A stretch of DNA of 60,237 nucleotides, from the NCBI GenBank assembly GCA_045560315.1, contig JBJKZN010000029.1, positions 1-60,237 on the forward strand, given 5' to 3'. Of this stretch, positions 19,758 through 30,503 are shown in pieces. The notes under the pieces are model-generated. The model saw only the letters and a program-made list of their open reading frames with translations, did no database searches and was not told the DNA's origin. The stretch is from Fidelibacterota bacterium (GTDB taxonomy: Bacteria; Fidelibacterota; Marinisomatia; Marinisomatales; Marinisomataceae). The translations under genes and the position numbers were made by a program. Numbering within the stretch: position 1 is the first letter of the stretch; every line of letters begins with the position of its first letter.

Positions 19758-20933
19758 ATGAACTTTCTAAAAAAAATATTAGCACAATCCGGTAAACTTT
19801 TTGAAAAAGGAAAGCCATTATCATTTGCATATCCTCTATGGGAAGCTACAGATACAATATTATTCTCAACAGATACTCAAAATAAATCAGGTCCACATAT
19901 AAGAGATAATATGGATATTAAAAGAACCATGTTTTTTGTTGTAATTGCTCTTATACCATGCTATTTATTTGGTGCATACAATATTGGCTATTTGCATTCA
20001 TCTGCGACAGGAGTTTCTAGTTCTATTTTAGCCGACTTTATTTTTGGTATGACATACGTCTTACCTATTTTAATCACCACTTTTATAGCAGGAGCAATCT
20101 GTGAAATTGGATTTGCAATTATTAGAAAGCATGAGATTAATGAAGGATTTCTTGTCTCATGCGCTCTTATTCCTTTAACTATGCCACCAGATATTCCGTT
20201 ATGGCAATTATTTATAGGAACTTGTTTCGGAATTATTATTGGAAAAGAGATTTTCGGAGGTGTTGGTACTAACGTATTCAATCCCGCATTAACAGCACGT
20301 GCTTTTATATATTTTGCTTTTCCTACAAAAATATCAGGTGATAAAGTATGGGCATTAGGACCAGATGGGTATAGTGGTGCAACTGCATTGTCTATACCAG
20401 CAAATCCTGAAGAATATGATACAGCAACCAATCTATTTAACCAGGTGACACAATTTGATTTTTCAACATTTAACTTATTTTGGGGACTTATTCCAGGATC
20501 TATAGGTGAAACAAACAAGCTATTAATTTTATTAGGTGGAATATTTTTGATTTATTGCGGTATTGCTTCATGGAGAATAATGGTTGCATCAGTTATTGGG
20601 CTTGTATTCACTGCTGGATTATTTAATATCTTAGCAGATTATTCAACCAATGCAATGCTAACTATTACACCACTACAACATATTTTGATTGGAAGCTTTT
20701 TATTTGGAACAGTGTTTATGGCCAGTGAGCCAGTAACTTCAACACACACCAATAGAGGTAGATGGATATATGGATTCATGATTGGAGTTCTGACAGTAAT
20801 TATTAGATCTGTAAATCCAGCTTATCCAGAAGGCGTAATGTTAGCCATATTAATTATGAATATGTTTGCACCATTGATAGATTACTATGTGGTTAAAGGA
20901 AATATTAAGATGAGGCTTTCAAGAAATGCATAG
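19758..20933 (+). CDS. nqrB: Na+-NQR subunit B
   Basis: Polytopic membrane protein with the FMN-attachment motif YSGATAL. ATG 19758 is preferred over the track's TTG at 19746. Confidence 0.92.
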   Translation: MNFLKKILAQSGKLFEKGKPLSFAYPLWEATDTILFSTDTQNKSGPHIRDNMDIKRTMFFVVIALIPCYLFGAYNIGYLHSSATGVSSSILADFIFGMTYVLPILITTFIAGAICEIGFAIIRKHEINEGFLVSCALIPLTMPPDIPLWQLFIGTCFGIIIGKEIFGGVGTNVFNPALTARAFIYFAFPTKISGDKVWALGPDGYSGATALSIPANPEEYDTATNLFNQVTQFDFSTFNLFWGLIPGSIGETNKLLILLGGIFLIYCGIASWRIMVASVIGLVFTAGLFNILADYSTNAMLTITPLQHILIGSFLFGTVFMASEPVTSTHTNRGRWIYGFMIGVLTVIIRSVNPAYPEGVMLAILIMNMFAPLIDYYVVKGNIKMRLSRNA

Positions 20934-21639
20934 CAATAATTATACATTAGGCTTTGTTTTTATTATCACTATTGTTTTAGGCACTATGTTGTCATTTACC
21001 AAAATGAACATTAAAGATTTACAAGAATATAATTTGAAAGCTGATGTTAAGAAAAATATTTTACGATCTCTAAATTTCAATGAAACAGAAGAGCAGCCTT
21101 GGTCGAATGAGGTTGTAGAAAAAATATTTAATGACAATGTAAAAGCGTTCTGTGTTGACATCAATGGCAATATAATCGACTGTATTATCGAAGAGGTTGA
21201 TACTGAAAGAAATACGGAAGTATTGCCTGTTTATTTAAAAGTTGTAGAAAATAAAACTGAAGGAATTGCAGTTCCTATAGCTGGAAAAGGGCTATGGTCT
21301 ACCGTGTTTGGTTATATTGCATTAGAGCCTGATACCGACACTGTTCTTGGTATTCAATTTTATAAACATGGGGAAACTCCAGGATTAGGAGGAGAAGTTG
21401 AAAAGGCTTGGTTTACAAATAATTTTATAGGAAAAAAGATTAGATATAATAATGACAAGATTATTGGAGTAGAAGTGCTAAAAGGTAAGGTTGATTCTTC
21501 CAAGCCTTCTGCTATTCATCAGGTTGACGGGATTTCAGGCGCAACTGTTACGGGTAAGGGAGTAGGAAATTTCCTAAAAGAAGATTTAGAAAGATATGAA
21601 GCATATTTAAACAAGGTAAGAGCTAGTGGAACTATTTAA
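20926..21639 (+). CDS. nqrC: Na+-NQR subunit C
   Basis: N-terminal TM helix and FMN-attachment motif [11 protein letters not shown]. Confidence 0.9.
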   Translation: MHSNNYTLGFVFIITIVLGTMLSFTKMNIKDLQEYNLKADVKKNILRSLNFNETEEQPWSNEVVEKIFNDNVKAFCVDINGNIIDCIIEEVDTERNTEVLPVYLKVVENKTEGIAVPIAGKGLWSTVFGYIALEPDTDTVLGIQFYKHGETPGLGGEVEKAWFTNNFIGKKIRYNNDKIIGVEVLKGKVDSSKPSAIHQVDGISGATVTGKGVGNFLKEDLERYEAYLNKVRASGTI

Positions 21640-22279
21640 CGCAGAATCAAAGAAAATTATTAACGATCCAATAAATGTTAATAATCCCATTTCTTTACAG
21701 GTACTTGGTATTTGTTCTGCTTTAGCGGTAACAATCCGTTTAGATCAGGCAATTATAATGACATTAGCAGTTATCTTTGTATTGTGCTCGTCAAATGTAA
21801 TTTTATCTGTTATCCGTAAATACATTCCTGCTAGAGTTAGGATTGTAATCATGTTATCTGTTATTGCATCCCTTGTTTCTGTAGTTGATGAGCTATTGAA
21901 AGCATACTTATATGATATGAGTAAGCAGTTATCAGTTTTTGTTGGTTTGATTATTACAAATTGCATTATCATGGGAAGAGCAGAGGCATTTGCAATTAAA
22001 AATGGTCCATCAAAAGCATTTTTAGACGGATTGGGTAATGGTCTTGGATATGGAATGATTATTATTATTGTTTCATTCTTTAGGGAATTATTTGGTGCAG
22101 GAACAATCACATTGCCAGATGGCGGCGCAGGATATGTTTTATGGCGTATTCCTGAAGCATGGTATGCAGGAGGATATGAAAATATTGGATTACTGGTTCT
22201 ATCTCCAGGGGCGTTCTTTATATTAGGATTAGTAATTTGGGGCCAAAGAGAGTGGTTTGGTCTTGAGGAGGATGTATAA
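21626..22279 (+). CDS. nqrD: Na+-NQR subunit D
   Basis: GTG start. Rnf/Nqr D-type polytopic protein with [17 protein letters not shown]. Confidence 0.9.
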   Translation: MELFNAESKKIINDPINVNNPISLQVLGICSALAVTIRLDQAIIMTLAVIFVLCSSNVILSVIRKYIPARVRIVIMLSVIASLVSVVDELLKAYLYDMSKQLSVFVGLIITNCIIMGRAEAFAIKNGPSKAFLDGLGNGLGYGMIIIIVSFFRELFGAGTITLPDGGAGYVLWRIPEAWYAGGYENIGLLVLSPGAFFILGLVIWGQREWFGLEEDV

Positions 22280-22899
22280 TGGGCCTAGAACATTATTTAA
22301 GCATTTTCACTAAAGCAGTATTTATTGAGAATATTGTTCTAGCATACTTTCTAGGATTATGTTCATTTTTAGCGATTTCGAAAAAAATTGATGCTTCTGT
22401 AGGTATAGGAATGGCTGTAGTAGTTGTCTTAACTATCACTGCACCTATTAATTGGTTCATTTATGAATTTTTATTGGATAAAGGGGCATTAGTATGGTTG
22501 AGTGAAGATTTTGCAGATATAGATTTAAGTTTTTTAAAACTAATTGTTTTTATTTCTGTTATTGCAGCCATGGTACAATTAGTAGAAATGTTTATGGAGC
22601 GCTTTTCTCAATCATTGTATAATAATTTAGGAATTTTCCTTCCTCTGATTGCGGTGAATTGTTCAATCTTAGGTGGATCTCTATTCATGGTTGAGAGAGA
22701 ATATACTATTACCGAAACAATGGTGTACGGTTTTGGTTCTGGAGTTGGATTCTTGCTCGCTATAGTGGCATTAGCGTCAGTGAGATATAGACTACGCTAT
22801 TCTAATATTCCAGTAAGACTAAGAGGTGTAGGAATGGCTATGTTACTCACAGGATTACTATCTATGGCATTTATGGCATTTTCGGGGATTGATTTATAA
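22279..22899 (+). CDS. nqrE: Na+-NQR subunit E
   Basis: TAATG coupling to nqrD. LPLIAVNCSILGG motif. Confidence 0.9.
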   Translation: MGLEHYLSIFTKAVFIENIVLAYFLGLCSFLAISKKIDASVGIGMAVVVVLTITAPINWFIYEFLLDKGALVWLSEDFADIDLSFLKLIVFISVIAAMVQLVEMFMERFSQSLYNNLGIFLPLIAVNCSILGGSLFMVEREYTITETMVYGFGSGVGFLLAIVALASVRYRLRYSNIPVRLRGVGMAMLLTGLLSMAFMAFSGIDL

Positions 22900-24125
22900 T
22901 GAATGAAGTGTTCATAGGTGTTGCAGTTTTTAGTTCCATCATTCTTTTGCTGGTCATCATATTGAATGTTATTGGTAATACTTTATTACCTCAAGGTGAA
23001 GTAACAATAGTTATTAATGATGATCCAGATAAATCTATTAATGTTGGTACTGGAGGGACAGTTTTATCTGCTTTAGGAGATCAAAATGTCTACTTGCCAT
23101 CTGCTTGTGGTGGTCAAGGTACTTGTGCACAATGTAAATGTCAGATTATAGAAGGTGGAGGTGATATTCTGCCTACTGAAGAAGCATATATTAACAGAAA
23201 AGATCAAAAAAATAATTGGAGATTAGGTTGTCAGGTCAAAATTAGAAATGATATGAAAATTAAAGTGCCCGACGAAATCTTTAGTATTAGAAAATGGGAT
23301 GCAGTGGTTAAATCCAATGACAATGTTGCAACTTTCATTAAAGAATTAGTTTTAGAACTTCCCAAGGATGATCCTATTAAGTTCGAATCAGGTGGTTATA
23401 TTCAAATTGATGTGCCAAAGTATAAAGATATAGACTATAAAAATTTTGATATTGGTGAAGAGTATAGATCTGACTGGGATAAATTTGATGTCTGGCAGTA
23501 TAAAGCTAATAATCCTGAACCAGTATTTAGGGCATATTCAATGGCAAATCATCCAGCAGAAGGTAATATGATTATGTTAAATATTCGTATTGCTAGCCCT
23601 CCGCCAGATAATCCTAATGTTCCTCCTGGGATTGCCTCTTCTTATACATTTGATTTAAAGGAAGGAGATAAGGTAACTGTTTCCGGTGCATATGGAGAAT
23701 TTTATATAAAGGAGACAGATCGTGAAATGGTATATATTGGGGGTGGAGCTGGAATGGCACCACTAAGATCTCATATTTTTCATTTATTAAAAACTCAGAA
23801 GTCAAAACGTAAAATATCATTTTGGTATGGTGCTCGATCTGTTAAAGAAATGTTTTATGATGAAGAATTTAAAGCTCTAGCCGAAGAGTTTGATAATTTT
23901 ACTTATCAAGTAGCATTATCAGATCCTCTTCCTGATGATAATTGGGATGGTCCAACAGGGTTTATCCATCAAGTTGTTCATGATATGTATCTTGAAAACC
24001 ATGAAGATGCTGGTGAATGTGAGTATTATCTATGTGGTCCACCTATGATGATTAGCGCTGTCCAAAAAATGCTATGGGATCTCGGTGTCGAAGAAGACAT
24101 GATTGATTATGACGACTTTGGATAA
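22899..24125 (+). CDS. nqrF: Na+-NQR subunit F
   Basis: N-terminal TM helix, 2Fe-2S ferredoxin motif (CGGQGTCAQCKC), FAD motif (RAYSMAN) and NADH-binding GGGAGMAP. Confidence 0.95.
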   Translation: MNEVFIGVAVFSSIILLLVIILNVIGNTLLPQGEVTIVINDDPDKSINVGTGGTVLSALGDQNVYLPSACGGQGTCAQCKCQIIEGGGDILPTEEAYINRKDQKNNWRLGCQVKIRNDMKIKVPDEIFSIRKWDAVVKSNDNVATFIKELVLELPKDDPIKFESGGYIQIDVPKYKDIDYKNFDIGEEYRSDWDKFDVWQYKANNPEPVFRAYSMANHPAEGNMIMLNIRIASPPPDNPNVPPGIASSYTFDLKEGDKVTVSGAYGEFYIKETDREMVYIGGGAGMAPLRSHIFHLLKTQKSKRKISFWYGARSVKEMFYDEEFKALAEEFDNFTYQVALSDPLPDDNWDGPTGFIHQVVHDMYLENHEDAGECEYYLCGPPMMISAVQKMLWDLGVEEDMIDYDDFG

Positions 24126-25125
24126 AAGATATTCTTTATTTTTTCTCTTCTTTATTTTTCTAAGCTGTAGTTCTGATAAGCGTAACGAGAATCATATTCC
24201 TATTATTTCTGGCTACACCATGGGCACAACATATACTGTTAAGTATTTAACTGATGTTGAAGACAATGAAGAGGTATTGAAAAATAAAAATACTATTGAG
24301 AACATTTTAAAAGAAATTAATATGGAGATGTCTACATATATAATTGATAGCGAAATTTCACAATTTAATAGCATGCAAAATACAGACTGGATGCCTATAT
24401 CAGAAGACTTTGCATTTGTTGTGCAATCTTCTTTTGACTATCATAAGATATCTAATGGATTATATGACATTACTGTTATGCCATTAGTCAATTTATGGGG
24501 ATTTGGTCCAGATAAATTTATCGATATACCTACAGATACTGAGATAGATAGTGTATTGATGTTCGTAGGGCAAGATTTAATTGAGATTAAAGACAATAAT
24601 ATCAGAAAAAAAGATCCTAGAGTTCAAATCGATTTGAGTTCTATAGCAAAGGGTTATGCTGTAGATAAAATTATTGAAATCCTAAACTATGAAAATGTTT
24701 TTGTAGAAATTGGTGGAGAGGTAAGGTCAAAATCAAATAGAAAGATATGGAAAGTTGGTATTAGCACACCATCAATAGATAATATATCTAATGAGGTTGA
24801 ATATATTGCCCCTATTAAAAATGAGTCTATTGCAACATCGGGTAATTATAGAAATTTCTATATTGATGAAGATAATAGATTTTATCATCATGAAATTAAT
24901 CCATTAACAGGGTACCCTATCATGTCTAAGGTTGCATCAATCTCTGTATTGACTGAAACGTCATGCATGGAAGCAGATGGTTTGTCCACCGCTCTATATA
25001 TGATGAATATTGATGATATAAATAATTTTTTTAGAAATACAGAATTTGAAGGATTGATGATTCTTGTTGAGCCCGATATGAGTTTTCAAAAAATACTTTC
25101 AGATAATTTTCCTAAAAACTACTAA
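24103..25125 (+). CDS. apbE: FAD:protein FMN transferase (ApbE), lipoprotein
   Basis: Lipobox FIFLSC, ApbE-family core (MGTTYTV, LSSIAKGYAVD, ATSGNYRNF). It sits immediately after nqrF. Confidence 0.9.
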   Translation: MIMTTLDKRYSLFFLFFIFLSCSSDKRNENHIPIISGYTMGTTYTVKYLTDVEDNEEVLKNKNTIENILKEINMEMSTYIIDSEISQFNSMQNTDWMPISEDFAFVVQSSFDYHKISNGLYDITVMPLVNLWGFGPDKFIDIPTDTEIDSVLMFVGQDLIEIKDNNIRKKDPRVQIDLSSIAKGYAVDKIIEILNYENVFVEIGGEVRSKSNRKIWKVGISTPSIDNISNEVEYIAPIKNESIATSGNYRNFYIDEDNRFYHHEINPLTGYPIMSKVASISVLTETSCMEADGLSTALYMMNIDDINNFFRNTEFEGLMILVEPDMSFQKILSDNFPKNY

Positions 25126-25283
25126 ATATTGCTCTCGCAGCGTTCTGGTTCACCGCCACAGATTTCACATCCATCAGGAGAGTCTCCACATGCTTTTTTA
25201 AGAGGTCTATTCTTAAATATTAGCCCAATATTCATCCCTATTGCACAGAGCCCCAATATTGCAATTACTATTAGATATTCCAT
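25122..25283 (-). CDS. nqrM: NqrM-like (DUF539) Na+-NQR maturation protein, 53 aa
   Basis: Reverse-strand ATG (complement of 25281-25283) to TAG (complement of 25122-25124). Translation is MEYLIVIAILGLCAIGMNIGLIFKNRPLKKACGDSPDGCEICGGEPERCESNI: one TM helix followed by a four-Cys tail, as in NqrM. It is below the ORF-track length cut-off. Confidence 0.6.
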   Translation of the reverse strand: MEYLIVIAILGLCAIGMNIGLIFKNRPLKKACGDSPDGCEICGGEPERCESNI

Positions 25284-25353
25284 ATAAGAAATTTAAATAA
25301 TATTTATTCGATTTTGATGATTTTTTATGACGATTTGATTTAAATTGTTTTTT

Positions 25354-26670
25354 ATGGAATTATTAAATCATCCAGTAGGGATTATATCCCTAATTTTATT
25401 TGTGATTGCATATGGATTTGTGATGACAGAAGAAGTCACGCATTTAAGGAAATCAAAACCTGTTTTGTTTGCAGCTGGTATTATTTGGGCAATGATTGCT
25501 GGAGTTGGAGTAAAGCACGGTCATTCTGAGCATGTAGAAGAAGCAATTATGCATGCATTTTCTGAGTTTACTCAATTAATGCTGTTCTTGCTTGTTGCAA
25601 TGACATATATCAATTCTATGTCCGAAAGAAACGTTTTTGAGAAGTTACGATCGCGATTATTAGCTCAGGATTATTCTTATAGAACATTATTTTGGATTAC
25701 TGGTTTTATAGCGTTCTTTCTGTCTCCAATAGCAGATAATCTAACGACAGCTTTAACGATGTGTGCTGTTGTAATGGCTGTAGGGAAAGATAACAAGAAT
25801 TTTACAAGCATAAGTTGTGTTAATATAGTTGTTGCTGCAAATGCAGGAGGAGCATTTAGCCCATTTGGAGATATTACAACTCTAATGGTATGGCAGGCAG
25901 GCTATGTGGAATTCACTCAATTTTTTTCATTATTTCTTCCTTCTTTAGTTAATTTTTTAATTCCAGCTTTTATTATGAGTTTGTTTATTAATGGTTCATC
26001 AGAAGATGTTGAAAATAATCCTGTTCAATTAAAGCGTGGTGCAAAAACTATTATTTTACTCTTTTTAGTAACAATATTTCTAGCAGTATCATTTGAAAAT
26101 TTTCTCCATATTCCGCCTGTTTTTGGTATGATGACAGGACTTAGTTTGCTACAATTATTTGGATATTATTTAAAAAGAACTTATGTATCTGTACCAAAAA
26201 CTATTGCAAGAGATGGATCGGACCAATCTTTTGGAGTTTTTAAGCAGATTGCTCAGGCAGAATGGGATACTTTACTTTTCTTCTATGGAGTGATTATGTG
26301 TGTAGCAGGTTTATCTGAGATAGGATATTTAGCACTAATAAACACTGCTCTTTATGATGGATTAGGTTTTACTGCTGCTAATTCATTGATGGGAATTATT
26401 TCAGCTTTAGTAGATAATATACCAGTTATGTTTTCTGTTATCCAAATGCACGATGCAACTACTATGAATTTAGCTCAATGGCTACTAATTACTCTTACTG
26501 CCGGTGTTGGAGGAAGTTTATTATCCATTGGTTCTGCTCCGGGAGTTGCATTAATGGGTCAAGCAAAAGGAGTTTATACTTTCTCTAGTCACTTAAAATG
26601 GTCTGGAGTGATTTTTATTGGTTATGTAGCTAGCATTATAGTTCATTTATTAATTTGGGGCATACTTTAA
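25354..26670 (+). CDS. nhaD: NhaD-type Na+/H+ antiporter
   Basis: Polytopic protein of ~438 aa with FFLSPIADNLTTALTM and ANAGGAFSPFGDITT motifs of the NhaD/ArsB superfamily. ATG 25354 is preferred over TTG 25345. Confidence 0.75.
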   Translation: MELLNHPVGIISLILFVIAYGFVMTEEVTHLRKSKPVLFAAGIIWAMIAGVGVKHGHSEHVEEAIMHAFSEFTQLMLFLLVAMTYINSMSERNVFEKLRSRLLAQDYSYRTLFWITGFIAFFLSPIADNLTTALTMCAVVMAVGKDNKNFTSISCVNIVVAANAGGAFSPFGDITTLMVWQAGYVEFTQFFSLFLPSLVNFLIPAFIMSLFINGSSEDVENNPVQLKRGAKTIILLFLVTIFLAVSFENFLHIPPVFGMMTGLSLLQLFGYYLKRTYVSVPKTIARDGSDQSFGVFKQIAQAEWDTLLFFYGVIMCVAGLSEIGYLALINTALYDGLGFTAANSLMGIISALVDNIPVMFSVIQMHDATTMNLAQWLLITLTAGVGGSLLSIGSAPGVALMGQAKGVYTFSSHLKWSGVIFIGYVASIIVHLLIWGIL

Positions 26671-27209
26671 TGCGTATTACCAAAGTAACTACGAGAAATG
26701 GAGATAGTGGAGAGACTGGTTTAGCAAGAGGTGATTCTGTTTATAAGAATGACCCTATAATTCATGCTTTAGGTGAAATAGATGAGCTCAGTAGTTTTCT
26801 TGGCGTATGTAATGCGTTTTGTGATGATTCTTCTATGATAGATCAATTAAAGGTTATTCAAAATCATTTGTTTGATATTGGAGGCCAAATATCTCTAAAT
26901 GAAGATGGTGCAAATATTATTACAGAAGAATCTATCGATTTACTAGATCAGCATATTGAGCATTATAATAAATCTTTAGATCCATTAGAAGAATTTATCT
27001 TACCAGGAGGAGATTCTTTTTCAGCAAACTTGCATGTTGCAAGAACTATTACAAGAAGAGCGGAAAGATCAGTTGTTAATCTTTATTCAGAGAACCTAGA
27101 TAATAATCATGTTGTGATGTATTTAAATCGGTTGTCAGATTATTTATTTGTTCTTTCAAGGTTCTATAATAAGAATAAAAACATTACTGAGAATACTTGG
27201 CAAAGATAA
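26670..27209 (+). CDS. PduO-type ATP:cob(I)alamin adenosyltransferase
   Basis: MRITKVTTRNGDSGETGL N-terminus and the ARTITRRAER helix-bundle motif. The ATG overlaps the nhaD stop (TAATG). Confidence 0.85.
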   Translation: MRITKVTTRNGDSGETGLARGDSVYKNDPIIHALGEIDELSSFLGVCNAFCDDSSMIDQLKVIQNHLFDIGGQISLNEDGANIITEESIDLLDQHIEHYNKSLDPLEEFILPGGDSFSANLHVARTITRRAERSVVNLYSENLDNNHVVMYLNRLSDYLFVLSRFYNKNKNITENTWQR

Positions 27210-27214
27210 TTTGT

Positions 27215-28216
27215 ATGGATTACAAGAATATTGAATCAATTATTTCTGGAAAAGATAAAATCTTTATATCATCGCATATTAATCCAGATGGAGATAGTCT
27301 AGGTTCTGCTTTTGCAGTATATCATTATCTTAAATCCCTAGGAAAGGATTGTAGAATTATTAATCATTCATCACTTCCTGATATGTATAGTTTTTTAAAT
27401 AATGAAAATATTTTTTGTGAGCTTGATGATGATAGTGCGGGATTTATTAAGAATGCTGACCTAGGTATTATTTTGGATATTGGAGATTTTTATCGTTTAG
27501 GAGATATAGCTCATATCATCGAAGAGAATCCTATCGATACTTTGAGCATAGATCATCATCCTCAATCTAGTAATGACTTTTTTACACATACTTTCATTGA
27601 TTTAGAAGCTTGCTCTGTAGGAGAAATACTATATTCCTATTTCTGTAATGTTAATAAAAATTTAATAGATAAGAATATCATGCTAGGGATTTATGTGGCA
27701 GTGCTTACAGATACTGGTTCATTTAGGCATAGCAATACAACTGAGACTAGTCATCAAATTGCAGTTGATGCAATTAAGATGAATTTGGACATTACCAAGA
27801 TATATCAAGAAATATATGAAAGCTCATCAGTTAGTCGTATTAAGCTTCTTGGCAATGTAATTCAGAATTTAAACTTTGATTGTAATGGAGAGTTAGTGTG
27901 GTTTGCTTTAAATGAAGATATGATTCAAGAAATCAATGGATCTAATCAAGATTTTGATGGGTTTACAGATTTTTTTAGAAGTATTCAAGGCGTAGAGGTT
28001 TCCGTAATGCTTTATGACTTAAAAGGAAAAGTCAGACTAAGTTTTCGATCAAAAGGAAAATATAAGGTTAGTGAGATTGCAAAAAAAATGGGTGGTGGTG
28101 GCCATCCTTTTGCAGCTGCAGCATTAGTAGAGGGAAATTTTTCTGATGTTAAATCTAATGTATTAAATCTCCTTTCAACCTATATCAATAGTCACAATGA
28201 AGATAATATTAGCTAA
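27215..28216 (+). CDS. nrnA: DHH/DHHA1 phosphoesterase (NrnA-like oligoribonuclease / pAp phosphatase)
   Basis: SHINPDGDSLGS, SIDHHP and GGGGHPFAAAA motifs. Confidence 0.75.
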   Translation: MDYKNIESIISGKDKIFISSHINPDGDSLGSAFAVYHYLKSLGKDCRIINHSSLPDMYSFLNNENIFCELDDDSAGFIKNADLGIILDIGDFYRLGDIAHIIEENPIDTLSIDHHPQSSNDFFTHTFIDLEACSVGEILYSYFCNVNKNLIDKNIMLGIYVAVLTDTGSFRHSNTTETSHQIAVDAIKMNLDITKIYQEIYESSSVSRIKLLGNVIQNLNFDCNGELVWFALNEDMIQEINGSNQDFDGFTDFFRSIQGVEVSVMLYDLKGKVRLSFRSKGKYKVSEIAKKMGGGGHPFAAAALVEGNFSDVKSNVLNLLSTYINSHNEDNIS

Positions 28217-29078
28217 ATCATCCGGTTATTGTTTCGGAGTACGCGATGCTGTAAATGCAGCATATGATGTGAGTAAAGAACATGGAGAAGTTTACATGTT
28301 GGGTGACATTGTTCACAATGAAAGTGTAGTGCAAGATTTAGAAAAGGAAGGCGTTAAAGTAGTGGAGAGTTTAGAGGATATTCCAGAAGACAAACCTGTT
28401 TTATTTCGTGCGCATGGTACATCAAAAGAAGTATGGGAAGAAGCAGAAGATAAAAAAATGAATATTATTGATGCAACTTGTCCTTTAGTCCATGATATCC
28501 ATAGGGAAGTTAAAGAGTTGCATGCAGAAGGAAGAAAGATTATCATTATCGGAGATCACGGGCATGATGAGGTTGTAGGTATTGCTAGCCAAGTTGATAA
28601 TGCAATAATTATATCATCCATTGAAGAAGCAGAAAAATTAAGAAAAACAAAAAAAGCTGGCATTGTTAGTCAATCCACTCAAGCTATAGAGAATGTTCAA
28701 GATATTATTAATATTTTAATGACAAAAGTAGTCGATCTAAGATTTATCAATACTATTTGTTTTCCCACTAAAAGAAATCATCAACAAATTAAAGAATTAT
28801 CAATTATAACTGATATGATCATTATTATAGGATCATTTACAAGTGCAAATTCAAAAAGATTAACAGAATTAAGCCTAGAAAGAAATAAAAATACCTACCA
28901 AGTTACCAATGCCACAGAAATTGATTCATCTTGGTTTAAAAATAATATAAATTCGGTTGGTATCTCTGCAGGCGCATCTACCCCTGATTGGATTATCAGC
29001 TCGGTAATTGATAAAGTCAAAGAATTAACAGGTACAAAAGAAAAGGAAATTATTCATGAGTCAAGAGTACGATTTTAA
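28197..29078 (+). CDS. ispH: 4-hydroxy-3-methylbut-2-enyl diphosphate reductase
   Basis: [18 protein letters not shown] and SANSKRL motifs with the three Fe-S Cys contexts. Confidence 0.95.
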   Translation: MKIILAKSSGYCFGVRDAVNAAYDVSKEHGEVYMLGDIVHNESVVQDLEKEGVKVVESLEDIPEDKPVLFRAHGTSKEVWEEAEDKKMNIIDATCPLVHDIHREVKELHAEGRKIIIIGDHGHDEVVGIASQVDNAIIISSIEEAEKLRKTKKAGIVSQSTQAIENVQDIINILMTKVVDLRFINTICFPTKRNHQQIKELSIITDMIIIIGSFTSANSKRLTELSLERNKNTYQVTNATEIDSSWFKNNINSVGISAGASTPDWIISSVIDKVKELTGTKEKEIIHESRVRF

Positions 29079-29931
29079 AACAAAAGTTGCATTAGCCGAA
29101 ATGTTAAAAGGTGGGGTTATTATGGATGTAACTAATCTTGAGCAAGCTAAGATTGCAGAAGAAGCAGGAGCTGTTTCAGTGATGGCGCTAGAAAGAATTC
29201 CATCAGATATTAGAGAAGATGGAGGGGTAGCTAGAATGAGCAACCCTCATATGATTAAAGAAATTCAAGATAATGTATCTATTCCTGTAATGGCAAAATG
29301 CAGAATTGGACATTTTGCAGAAGCTCAAATTTTAGAAGCTTTAGAGGTAGATTTTATTGATGAAAGTGAAGTCCTAACAATGGCTGATGAACACTTTCAT
29401 GTTGATAAACATCCTTTTAAGGCACCATTTGTTTGTGGAGCACGTAATCTTGGTGAAGCATTAAGAAGAATAAATGAAGGCGCAGCACTAATAAGAACTA
29501 AGGGTGAGGCAGGAAGTGGAAATATTGTTGAAGCAGTTAGGCATATGAAGATGATTACTTCAGAATTAAGTAACCTTAAAGAACAAAATTTATCAGAAAA
29601 AGCAAAGGAATTTAGAGTTCCTTTAGAGCTTGTAGAGGAAGTAGCTGAAAATGGAAAACTTCCCGTACCTAATTTTGCTGCCGGAGGAATAGCAACTCCC
29701 GCAGACGCATCTTTGATGATGCAATTAGGCGCTGAAACTGTTTTTGTTGGTTCTGGAATATTTAAAAGTGAAGATCCTGCAGAACGTGCTCATGCTATTG
29801 TTCAGTCTGTTACTCATTTTGCAGATGCTAAGAAAGTCCTTAGTGCATCTTATGGTTTAAAGGATGCTATGAAGGGAATATTGATGTCAGATATTCCTGA
29901 AGATGAGAGGTTTTCAGAAAGAGGGGAATAA
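29056..29931 (+). CDS. pdxS: pyridoxal 5'-phosphate synthase, lyase subunit
   Basis: [30 protein letters not shown] and [14 protein letters not shown] are PdxS signatures. Confidence 0.95.
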   Translation: MSQEYDFKTKVALAEMLKGGVIMDVTNLEQAKIAEEAGAVSVMALERIPSDIREDGGVARMSNPHMIKEIQDNVSIPVMAKCRIGHFAEAQILEALEVDFIDESEVLTMADEHFHVDKHPFKAPFVCGARNLGEALRRINEGAALIRTKGEAGSGNIVEAVRHMKMITSELSNLKEQNLSEKAKEFRVPLELVEEVAENGKLPVPNFAAGGIATPADASLMMQLGAETVFVGSGIFKSEDPAERAHAIVQSVTHFADAKKVLSASYGLKDAMKGILMSDIPEDERFSERGE

Positions 29932-29933
29932 TA

Positions 29934-30503
29934 GTGATTGGAGTTTTGGCTCTACAAGGTAACTTTGTATCTCATATTGAGATTCTCAATAAGATTGGAA
30001 TTGATTCAAGATTAGTTAAAAATTCACAGGATCTATCTGATCTTAATGGATTAATTTTACCGGGAGGAGAGTCTACAACCATGTCAAATCTTTTATTGAG
30101 AGATCAGAGTTTTGTCGATGCAATAAAATCTTTTTCTGACAGTAAGCCTATTTTTGGAACTTGTGCTGGTTTAATCCTCATGTCAAAAAATAGTTTTGAT
30201 AAAAAAGTATTAAATATGGATATCTTAGATATTGAAGTCAGTAGGAATGCATATGGAAGACAGATCCATTCTTTTGAAGACTCAATTACTTTAGAATCTA
30301 AAGAGGATAATTCTAGATTAATTAAAGCTTCATTTATTAGAGCTCCTAAAATTACTAGCATAGGAAAAGATGTAGAGGTATTATGCAAACATAATAATGA
30401 GATTGTGGGAGTGAAGCAGGGTATTCATATGGCGGTAACATGCCACCCTGAGCTACAAAATGAAATATTATTACATAAACTCTGTTTTGAAAGTTTAATA
30501 TGA
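29934..30503 (+). CDS. pdxT: pyridoxal 5'-phosphate synthase, glutaminase subunit
   Basis: GTG start. IGVLALQGN, PGGESTT, GTCAG (catalytic Cys) and HPE motifs. Confidence 0.9.
   Translation: MIGVLALQGNFVSHIEILNKIGIDSRLVKNSQDLSDLNGLILPGGESTTMSNLLLRDQSFVDAIKSFSDSKPIFGTCAGLILMSKNSFDKKVLNMDILDIEVSRNAYGRQIHSFEDSITLESKEDNSRLIKASFIRAPKITSIGKDVEVLCKHNNEIVGVKQGIHMAVTCHPELQNEILLHKLCFESLI

Noticed and set aside
19988-20518. 176-aa minus-strand ORF inside nqrB, and similar antisense track ORFs: 1518..1868, 21745..22110, 43590..43952, 50796..51182, 54901..55341, 57415..57702, 59429..59740 and the shorter ones
   Set aside because: Each lies entirely within a + strand gene that has strong family motifs. 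In AT-rich coding DNA long antisense open frames are expected by chance. None has a recognisable motif or SD.
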